Shown here in pieces: positions 57,382 through 64,000 of a stretch of DNA of 64,000 nt. The stretch's first letter is position 1; every line of letters starts with the position of its first letter. Made by a program: the position numbers and the translations under genes. This DNA is from an uncultured bacterium (GTDB lineage: Bacteria; Fidelibacterota; Marinisomatia; Marinisomatales; CAYXUG01): contig CAYXUG010000002.1 in assembly GCA_964468655.1 (NCBI GenBank), positions 920 through 64,919 of the forward strand, given 5' to 3'. The notes below the pieces were generated by a model, which saw only the letters and a list, made by a program, of their open reading frames with translations, did no database searches and was not told the DNA's origin.

Positions 57382-58853
57382 GTTTCGGTACGTTCCAAAT
57401 TTCGCTGATCTTCCATTTTCAGCATTTTTTGTTCGTCCACATCACCCGTTACATACCATCGGTCTAAACAAGCCATGCAGGGTCTGTCTATATTATGTTC
57501 CCCCTTTCGCGTCACAGCTTCAACCAGATCATCAATTTCCTGATACAATAAAATATCTACACCGATATACTTCTGAATTTCATCCACTGATTTATTATGG
57601 GCAATTAGTTCCTGGCGGGTAGGCATATCAACGCCATAAAAACAGGGAGATATTACAGGGGGACACGATGAAACAAAATAAATTTTATTGGCGCCAAACT
57701 CACGAACCATTCTTACAATTTCCCGACTTGTATTTCCTCTTACAATACTGTCATCTACAATGAGAACATCTTTCCCGCTAATTTCAATTTCCTGCGGTAC
57801 AAGCTTCTGTTTAACGGATCGCTTTCTTTCATTTTGGCCCGGCATGATAAATGTCCTGCCAATAAATGGGTTTTTATATAACCCCTCAGAGTAACGGACA
57901 CCAATTGTATGCGCAAATGAAAGTGCAGCGGTGTTGGCGGTTAATGGTGCGGGAATAACAATATCAGGATAAATATCCGGATATTTATTCTTCCATTTTT
58001 CAGCAAGATTTTGCCCCATTCTTAACCGCGACCGGTAAACGCTAACATCATTCATCATCGTATCCGGTCTAGAAAAATAGACGTATTCAAAAATACAGGG
58101 AGTAAAGATATCCTTTTTAACAATTTTATTTTTCATCGACCCATGCTCATCAATATAGATAACTTCTCCCGGCTGAACATTCCCGGCCAATTCAAAGCCC
58201 AAAGAATAAAACATGGTCGTTTCTGATGAGAAAATGTAATCTTTAGTCCCATCAGGATTAGTTCTCACTCCTTTGGAAAACGGGCGTATTCCGTGAGGGT
58301 CGCGGAATACAACAAGACCTTTATTTATAATCATTCCTATAACCGAATAAGCCCCGCTGACTCTATCAAATACAGATTCTACTGCAGTACATATATGGTC
58401 GAATAAATCATTCTTATTATTATTTTCCACAGAATGACTTAATGCGTTTGCGAAAATGTGTAGTATCACTTCAATGTCTGCAGTTGTATTCATGAACCGG
58501 CGATCTTTTTCAGCGAGATCTTTTACCAGTTTTGTGTAGTTGACTAGATTACCATTATGCGCCATAGAAATTCCATATGGGACGCCAGTCCAGACCGGCT
58601 GTGCATCTTCCTTGCTGAATCCGCCTACTGTAGGATATCGTGTGTGTCCGATTCCAATATTCCCCAATAATCGTGACATGTTGTTTTCATCAAAAATGTC
58701 ACGTATCAGTCCGACTCCTTTTTTTACATGAAACCGTTTATTATAGGTCATAATTCCCGCCGCATCCTGCCCGCGATGCTGCAAGTGAATCAAACTTTCG
58801 TATATTTCACCGGCTACCGGTTTATGAGAGTATATTCCAACTACACCGCACAT
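57378..58853 (-). CDS. purF: amidophosphoribosyltransferase
   Basis: 491 aa. MCGVVGIY carries the N-terminal nucleophile Cys, and the PRTase motif VLIVDDSIVRGNT is present. Confidence 0.95.
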   Translation of the reverse strand: MCGVVGIYSHKPVAGEIYESLIHLQHRGQDAAGIMTYNKRFHVKKGVGLIRDIFDENNMSRLLGNIGIGHTRYPTVGGFSKEDAQPVWTGVPYGISMAHNGNLVNYTKLVKDLAEKDRRFMNTTADIEVILHIFANALSHSVENNNKNDLFDHICTAVESVFDRVSGAYSVIGMIINKGLVVFRDPHGIRPFSKGVRTNPDGTKDYIFSSETTMFYSLGFELAGNVQPGEVIYIDEHGSMKNKIVKKDIFTPCIFEYVYFSRPDTMMNDVSVYRSRLRMGQNLAEKWKNKYPDIYPDIVIPAPLTANTAALSFAHTIGVRYSEGLYKNPFIGRTFIMPGQNERKRSVKQKLVPQEIEISGKDVLIVDDSIVRGNTSREIVRMVREFGANKIYFVSSCPPVISPCFYGVDMPTRQELIAHNKSVDEIQKYIGVDILLYQEIDDLVEAVTRKGEHNIDRPCMACLDRWYVTGDVDEQKMLKMEDQRNLERTET

Positions 58854-58859
58854 TAGATT

Positions 58860-58931
58860 TTACGCAAGTGTTCATGTGCGTAAGTGATAAGGTGTTCACG
58901 AACACTCGAACACTTTAACACTTTAACACTA
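58860..58931. repeat. motif cluster at the purB|purF junction: hairpin displaying GTGTTC, a GTGTTC-AC-GAACAC dyad, and a 4-unit 8-nt periodic array
   Basis: The stem TTACGCA (58860-66) / TGCGTAA (58877-83) encloses the loop AGTGTTCATG. The dyad lies at 58892-58905. The array GAACACTC GAACACTT TAACACTT TAACACTA starts at 58900, 58908, 58916 and 58924. Confidence 0.8.
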
Positions 58932-58944
58932 TGTTTTTTTCTTC

Positions 58945-60300
58945 TCATAATAATTCCACCAATTTTCCCGAAAGCCCAGTATAGTTTGCCGGTGCCAAGT
59001 TCAACAATGCTTTTTTATCTTCTTCAGAAATCTTGAGTGATGAAATTAATTTTGATATAACTTCAGGTTTAATCGATTGACCACGTGTTAAAGATTTAAG
59101 CAGTTCAAAGGAATCGGTTTCACCATTCTTTCTGAGAATGGTTTGTATGGCTTCTGCAAGTATTTCCCAATGATCGTTTAGTTCCTTGCGCAAGTTGTAT
59201 TGATTTAGCGTAATTCTTTTTAATCCTTTTAAAACATTTGTTATGGCTAAATAGGAATGACCAAGTGCCGTCCCCTGGTTTCTCAATACAGTACTGTCAG
59301 ACAAGTCTCTCTGCACCCTGGATATGGGAAGTTTTACGGCAAGATGGTTGAGAAGTGTGCTAGCTAGTCCCAGGTTTCCTTCGGCATTTTCAAATTGAAT
59401 TGGATTAATTTTATGGGGCATGGTGGATGAGCCAACTTCTCCAGCCACTTTTTTCTGTTCCAGAATACCACGACTAATATACGCCCACATATCTCGACAG
59501 AAATCCGTAAGAATGGAATTAACCCGCACCACTTGATGGAAACTTTCTACCAGGGAATCGTGGGGCTCAATTTGCGTTGTAATTAAGTTGGGGTCGAGTC
59601 CAAGTTTGTTGATAAATCGTTCAGCGAATTTCAACCAACTCACTTTTGGGTATGCAACCATGTGAGAGGACCATGTTCCCGTTGCGCCCCCGAACTTCCC
59701 TAATAATTTATGAGATTTGATTTGATCAATTTGACGGTTGAGGCGATTGGAAAATACAGCCAATTCTTTTCCGAATGTAGTGGGCGTTGCGGGCTGGCCA
59801 TGTGTCAGGGCCAACATGGAAGCACCTTTATATTTCCGCGCCAGTTTTTTCAGCTCTTTATTCACCGATTGTAGCGATGGCAGATAAACCTGTTTCAATC
59901 CGTCTTGCCACATGAGTGAATAAGATAAATTATTCACATCTTCAGAGGTCAGGGCAAAATGTATCCACGGATGAAGCGCTTTTTTTACCTTACCTTGGAT
60001 GTAATACTCAGCGGCTTTCACATCATGGTTGGTGGTGACTTCAATTTTTTTGACCTTTTCAGCACCAGCTGAATTGAAGTTTTGGTAGATCTTCCGCAGG
60101 CGGGTTTGTTCATCTTTGGAAAAGGGCGGAAGCTCTTTGATTACTTTTTCATTCCCTAAAGCTATGAGATATTCAACTTCAACCTTTATACGATATTTCA
60201 TTAACGCTGATTCGCTGAAGTATGGCGACAGGTCGTTTATACTTTTGGCATAGCGACCGTCTAATGGGGAAATGTTTTTTAAAGTGTTTGAAGTGTTCAT
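58945..60300 (-). CDS. purB: adenylosuccinate lyase
   Basis: 451 aa with ISPLDGRY near the N-terminus and the fumarate-lyase signature GSSTMPHKINP. Its start overlaps the upstream 4HB stop (ATGA). Confidence 0.95.
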   Translation of the reverse strand: MNTSNTLKNISPLDGRYAKSINDLSPYFSESALMKYRIKVEVEYLIALGNEKVIKELPPFSKDEQTRLRKIYQNFNSAGAEKVKKIEVTTNHDVKAAEYYIQGKVKKALHPWIHFALTSEDVNNLSYSLMWQDGLKQVYLPSLQSVNKELKKLARKYKGASMLALTHGQPATPTTFGKELAVFSNRLNRQIDQIKSHKLLGKFGGATGTWSSHMVAYPKVSWLKFAERFINKLGLDPNLITTQIEPHDSLVESFHQVVRVNSILTDFCRDMWAYISRGILEQKKVAGEVGSSTMPHKINPIQFENAEGNLGLASTLLNHLAVKLPISRVQRDLSDSTVLRNQGTALGHSYLAITNVLKGLKRITLNQYNLRKELNDHWEILAEAIQTILRKNGETDSFELLKSLTRGQSIKPEVISKLISSLKISEEDKKALLNLAPANYTGLSGKLVELL

Positions 60301-60322
60301 ATGTTTAAGTGTTCAGGTGTTT
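60284..60322. repeat. motif cluster at the 4HB|purB junction (4 copies), includes the left 13-bp inverted-repeat arm
   Basis: The copies are GTGTTT 60284-89, GTGTTC 60293-98 (abutting the purB start codon), GTGTTC 60309-14 and GTGTTT 60317-22. The arm gtgttcaggtgtt lies at 60309-60321. Confidence 0.75.
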
Positions 60323-60788
60323 TTGTATTTGAGTCTTCTCGACTTATATATTCATCAGGAATATCCCAACAATTTTGATTGAATCCATATTCTGCAATAG
60401 GCTCACTAACCTTATTGTTTGAAATGGAATTATTCACATGTTTTAATAAACCCATTGTAATAGCACGTACTTCTTCAGTGTCGTTTTGAACCGCCGTTAC
60501 TTTGTCGTTCTCTAAATAATTTTGATCAAGGATAATATACAATAAACTTTTTACTTCCATTGCTGAACTTTGTGAAATATCTAAAAAGCGTATAAATTCT
60601 TTGCGATGGAACCGAGAAAATCCTTCTGCAATATTCGTCATAGCTGAAACAGCAGCCCGTCGTAGTTGATTTTTTAAACCGAAGTCTTTTGATAGTGGTC
60701 CTGATTTTGTAATGAAATAAATATTGTTCACCAATACACGAGCTTTTTGCCAACAAATTAGATCTTCAAATTGTGTGATTTTACTCAT
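60297..60788 (-). CDS. four-helix-bundle protein (23S rRNA intervening-sequence protein family), inserted in the pur operon
   Basis: 163 aa. FEDLICWQKARVLVNNIY...LKNQLRRAAVSAMTNIAEGFSRFHRKEFIRFLDISQSSAMEVKSLLYI matches the family pattern (W.kA..L...iy......d.......Qi.RaavSi..NIAEG..r.s.kef..fl.iA.gS..E). An extra ~45-aa C-terminal tail is present. Confidence 0.8.
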   Translation of the reverse strand: MSKITQFEDLICWQKARVLVNNIYFITKSGPLSKDFGLKNQLRRAAVSAMTNIAEGFSRFHRKEFIRFLDISQSSAMEVKSLLYIILDQNYLENDKVTAVQNDTEEVRAITMGLLKHVNNSISNNKVSEPIAEYGFNQNCWDIPDEYISREDSNTKTPEHLNI

Positions 60789-60808
60789 ATCTTAAATCCA
60801 TTACCACT

Positions 60809-60824
60809 TGAACACCAGAACACG
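60809..60824. repeat. motif cluster at the purE|4HB junction (2 copies, 8-nt spacing), the right 13-bp inverted-repeat arm
   Basis: GAACACCA GAACACGT starts at 60809 and 60817. The arm aacaccagaacac (60810-60822) pairs with 60309-60321 at 12 of 13 positions. Confidence 0.75.
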
Positions 60825-60825
60825 T

Positions 60826-61212
60826 TTAAACTTTAAGAATTCGTTTTACTGCCAACGCACAATTCCCAGGATCGATCACAGTAAGAACAGGAGTATTGCT
60901 TGGCATTTGGAGTGTTGAATGAATATTAACCATCATGTCTGTTTTATCAGCAAAAGGAGGACAGGCAAGTGTTGGAAATTTTGAATTTGCTGCAACAAAT
61001 CCGGAAAGAGCGTTGGACCGCCCGGCGATGGTGATGTACACAATATATTTTTCATCTTTATTAGTGTTCAAGATTTCCAATACTTTCAGTGGTTGTTTGT
61101 GTGCGGATGCTGCATGCTGTTCCCAAGCGATGCCGTATTCATTCAACTTATCAGTGATTTTTTTTGCGTGGGATTCATCAGAAGTTGAACCCATTATTAT
61201 GATTACTCTCAT
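60826..61212 (-). CDS. purE: AIR carboxylase, PurE family (class II-like signatures), short 128-aa form
   Basis: The product starts MRVIIIMGSTSDESHA. It has SAHKQP where class I has SAHRTP, and IAGRSNALSG where class I has AGGAAHLPG. The AGRSNGL / SAHK pattern is what I recall for class II (PAICS / T. denticola-type) PurE. No purK is present in the operon. Confidence 0.75.
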   Translation of the reverse strand: MRVIIIMGSTSDESHAKKITDKLNEYGIAWEQHAASAHKQPLKVLEILNTNKDEKYIVYITIAGRSNALSGFVAANSKFPTLACPPFADKTDMMVNIHSTLQMPSNTPVLTVIDPGNCALAVKRILKV

Positions 61213-62198
61213 ATGTATTCCTTTAAATTATCTAATAATCTATCGTGAATTGATTTTTTTAGTTCAGGGAACGAAAAGTCATTTCCTGTAATTGTTTCAA
61301 ACAAATAAATGTATCTGTTTGACAGTTCGACGACCAACTCTTCCGGGGCTTCCGGAAGTGTTTGGTCATTGTATGGGTCGCAATTATCAACAAACCAAAG
61401 GCGCAGAAATTCCTTGTCCACATTCTCAGGCTCCTTCCCCAGAGCCATTCTTCCTTCATAAGAATTTCCAATCCAAAATCTGCTACTGTCTGGAGTGTGG
61501 ATTTCATCGATTAGGACAATATTTCCATCGCTATCCCGTCCCATTTCATATTTTGTATCAACAAGGATTAAACCGTGCTCTGCTGCTTTCTTCTGCCCAA
61601 ATGAAAATAACTCTAATGCTTTCCTACTGCAATAATCCCAATCTTCCTGACTCATCCAGCCTTCACTCACAATGTCATCGGGGGTGATGGGACGATCGTG
61701 ATGCTCTTCTTTCGTGGTGGGTGTTAGCATATTGGCATCAAGCTTTTGATTCTTTATCAATCCTTCCGGCAAATTATTCCCGCAATATTCACGATCACCA
61801 TTGTTATAGACAGTCCAAAGTGATGTGCTGGTACTTCCTGTTATATAACCCCGTACAACAAATTCAATGGGGAATACATCGCACTTTTTAGCTATGGTTA
61901 CATTGGGGTCAGGCACTGTAATGACATGATTAGGAATGATGTGGTCTGTCCGGTCAAACCACCAGGCACTGGTCAAATTCAATACCTGTCCTTTAAAAGG
62001 AATTGAAGCTAAAATCCTATCGAAGGCACTTTGCCTATCCGTTGTAATAAAAATAAATTTATCATCTAATTCATAGGAGTCACGTACTTTACCATGTCGT
62101 TTTTCTCCGAAATTAAAATTTGTTTCACTTAATGTATTTTGAGCGGATTTTTGAATTTTGGTTTTATAATTACTATTTTTCATAGTGCAAACAATCAT
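61209..62198 (-). CDS. purC: SAICAR synthetase (long form)
   Basis: 329 aa. The motif GKVRDSYELDDKFIFITTDRQSAFDR, with LIDEIHTPDSSRFW, is typical of long PurC. The start may instead be MKNSNYK at 62183. Its stop overlaps the purE start (ATGA). Confidence 0.9.
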   Translation of the reverse strand: MIVCTMKNSNYKTKIQKSAQNTLSETNFNFGEKRHGKVRDSYELDDKFIFITTDRQSAFDRILASIPFKGQVLNLTSAWWFDRTDHIIPNHVITVPDPNVTIAKKCDVFPIEFVVRGYITGSTSTSLWTVYNNGDREYCGNNLPEGLIKNQKLDANMLTPTTKEEHHDRPITPDDIVSEGWMSQEDWDYCSRKALELFSFGQKKAAEHGLILVDTKYEMGRDSDGNIVLIDEIHTPDSSRFWIGNSYEGRMALGKEPENVDKEFLRLWFVDNCDPYNDQTLPEAPEELVVELSNRYIYLFETITGNDFSFPELKKSIHDRLLDNLKEYI

Positions 62199-63429
62199 GT
62201 GAATATGGATTGTATAAAATATGTGTATTTAAAACTTCTTCAATAACAGAAACTACGTCGCCTTTTTCTACAGTAATATCCCATAATATACCACTCTCGA
62301 TAGATTTTATATTTTTTGCATGAAACCAGTGCTTGAGAATATCTTTTTTCCGTTTACCTGATGCATTGTCTTTATCACGTACAAGAAAAGCCAAAGTATT
62401 ACTATTATGTTTGTAGTTTACAACCATTTCCTTGTTTGAATTAAATAACTCCCCTGACCTTTCAATTTTTTCCAGAGAACTATTTGAGTAACTAGAGTTA
62501 GATATAATTTCCCAATGAGTATAGCGTTTCACTCTAACTGAGAGATCCATCTGACGCAGGGCATTCTCTACCGAAACTGCTTCATTGTCGGTGATAATGA
62601 GCTCTATTAATAGTTCGTTTGAATTTTCATCAGAATTGAATTTTTCAATTTGAACCGTGTCTTGATAATCCAGCTTAGGTATTGAAATCTTTTTTAATTT
62701 CGAGATATACTCTCTCATTGATGAAAAAACTGGATCGCCTGAAGTTGATCTTTCAGGATGGGGCATCATGGCCATAACATTTCCACCCGAATTACTGACT
62801 GCTGCTAAGTTTTCAATTGAGCCGTTCGGATTCACAGGAAAATCCAGATTTAATTCTCCTTTAGTTGTACAATATCGAAATGTATCGAGGTGATTATCTT
62901 TTAAAATTTTCATAATGGATGGAGAAGTTACAAACCTGCCTTCCGCATGAGCAACTGGGATTCGCATTATTTCGTTCTGTTTCAACTGTGACGTAAATGC
63001 AGACTTATCTGATTCGGTTGATGGTATGATATTGACCCACCCATTATAGAATCCGGTGCCGATTAATGCTCCTTTTTTCTTTTTTTCATTTGCTGCAAGA
63101 GCCATTCCTAGATTATTGTTTTTAAAACCCGGGACGAGTCCTGTTTCAATAAGAATTTGGGCCCCATTACAGATACCCAGAACCGGTTTCCCTTTTTCTG
63201 ATTCCTGTCGAAGGACTTTTATCACGGGATCAAGGGATGCGATGATTCCTGCGCGGGACCTGTCTTCGTAAGAAAATCCTCCAACTATAAAATAGCCATC
63301 ACAGTTAATAAGATTTTCCGATGGCATATTCCAGAGAAATTCAAACGACCCCATTCCAGCTCGTTTTACAGCCAGCACTGATTCACGCTCACAGTTAGAA
63401 CCGGGGAACTGTATAATTGCTATTTTCAT
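62173..63429 (-). CDS. purQ: FGAM synthase glutaminase subunit PurQ fused to a C-terminal ~180-aa region resembling two PurS-like modules
   Basis: 418 aa. The N-terminal ~235 aa is PurQ (MKIAIIQFPGSNCERE, LGICNGAQIL, MMPHPER). The C-terminal part has PurS-like patterns (LIIELIITDNEAVSVENALRQMDL.VRVKRYTHWEI and FLVRDKDNASGKRKKDILKHW....ILWDITVEKGD...VIEEVLNTHILYNPYSHDCL). Confidence 0.75.
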   Translation of the reverse strand: MKIAIIQFPGSNCERESVLAVKRAGMGSFEFLWNMPSENLINCDGYFIVGGFSYEDRSRAGIIASLDPVIKVLRQESEKGKPVLGICNGAQILIETGLVPGFKNNNLGMALAANEKKKKGALIGTGFYNGWVNIIPSTESDKSAFTSQLKQNEIMRIPVAHAEGRFVTSPSIMKILKDNHLDTFRYCTTKGELNLDFPVNPNGSIENLAAVSNSGGNVMAMMPHPERSTSGDPVFSSMREYISKLKKISIPKLDYQDTVQIEKFNSDENSNELLIELIITDNEAVSVENALRQMDLSVRVKRYTHWEIISNSSYSNSSLEKIERSGELFNSNKEMVVNYKHNSNTLAFLVRDKDNASGKRKKDILKHWFHAKNIKSIESGILWDITVEKGDVVSVIEEVLNTHILYNPYSHDCLHYEK

Positions 63430-64000
63430 TCTCTAAAGAGCACCTCTTGATTGCCTCCAATAACCTTACCAATTAAAAAACATTTCAGATCCGGATAATT
63501 GGATATATACCCCTTTATAAGATCAAAAGCATTTTCAGTCGTAATAATGCATAATCCCACCCCCATATTAAATGTTCTGTACATTGCGGTTTCGTCAACA
63601 GAACCTGACTTTTGAAGAAGCTGGAAAATATCCGGAATAGTCCAAGCCCCCTTTTCGATTTCCACAGCGCAATTGGCGGGAAGGATTCTTGGAATATTAT
63701 CTATTAATCCACCGCCGGTAATATGCGCCATTCCATGTATTTCAATTTGAGCGTTAATCAATTCAAGAACAGGCAGTGTATAATTAATATGCGGCTCAAG
63801 AAGAACATCTCCCACTGTTCGATTTATTCCCGGTAAAATTGAATTGATCTGATATTTGCATTCTACAAATAATATTTTTCTAACCAATGAATATCCGTTT
63901 GTGTGAAGACCGCTGGAAGAGATACCCACCACAATATCCCCGGATACAATATTTTTACCGGAAATAATTTTTTCTTTTTCAACAAGCCCCGTTACAATAC
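63426..64000 (-). CDS. purM: AIR synthetase (PurM), C-terminal part; the 5' end lies beyond the window
   Basis: The frame stays open to 64000. Hand translation gives ..IVTGLVEKEKIISGKNIVSGDIVVGISSSGLHTNGYSLVRK, then ...MAHITGGGLIDNIPR. Its stop overlaps the purQ start (ATGA-type overlap, 63426-63429). Confidence 0.9.
   Translation of the reverse strand, partial: IVTGLVEKEKIISGKNIVSGDIVVGISSSGLHTNGYSLVRKILFVECKYQINSILPGINRTVGDVLLEPHINYTLPVLELINAQIEIHGMAHITGGGLIDNIPRILPANCAVEIEKGAWTIPDIFQLLQKSGSVDETAMYRTFNMGVGLCIITTENAFDLIKGYISNYPDLKCFLIGKVIGGNQEVLFRE

Noticed and set aside
58900-58931. Short periodic repeats considered as a CRISPR-like array
   Set aside because: The units are 8 nt and contiguous, with no spacers and no cas genes. 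They are better described as a tandem motif array.
55339-60824. Junction motif as a known PurR operator or PurBox
   Set aside because: The E. coli PurR box (ACGCAAACGTTTGCGT type) is absent. The Bacillus PurBox core (..CCGAACA..) overlaps only partially with CGAACAC, and the spacing and inverted arrangement do not match what I recall. I have left it as an unassigned motif.

Overview
This 64-kb window comes from a low-GC bacterium that uses AGGAGG-type ribosome-binding sites and encodes proteins with T9SS-type C-terminal sorting domains. That suggests the FCB superphylum but not Bacteroidetes-like translation signals; I cannot place it more precisely by eye. I support about 55 protein genes. 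I found no rRNA, tRNA, CRISPR array, integrase or transposase. Layout: 1-14.5 kb holds secreted and surface proteins, including BNR propellers, a duplicated His/Pro-repeat gene module, and two giant FG-GAP/cadherin-like proteins. 14.5-37.9 kb is housekeeping: Ctp protease, ExbB-ExbD-ExbD-TonB, a C-A-B succinate dehydrogenase, a gamma-glutamyl cluster, an orphan NuoB, malic enzyme and others. 38.0-45.8 kb is a self-contained seven-gene operon. 45.8-53.7 kb is central metabolism (PPDK, FabG, acetoacetyl-CoA synthetase, BioY). 53.8-64.0 kb is a nine-gene purine operon on the minus strand (purM-purQ/S-purC-purE-[4HB]-purB-purF-purD-purN-purH). The strongest candidate for a new system is the 38.0-45.8 kb operon. 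It encodes flagellar-type MotA and MotB stator proteins, a truncated FliF-like ring protein with a FliG-docking-type tail, and a full-length FliG-like protein. Three secreted TPR/coiled-coil envelope proteins precede them, and no export-apparatus, FliM/N, rod, hook or filament genes occur anywhere in the window. The second notable signal is a GTGTTC/GAACAC motif family with 8-nt periodic arrays and start-codon-spanning hairpins. It fills every intercistronic junction of the pur operon and forms 13-bp inverted repeats around an inserted four-helix-bundle (IVS-protein family) gene. All calls rest on by-eye motif recognition and hand translation; no searches were run.
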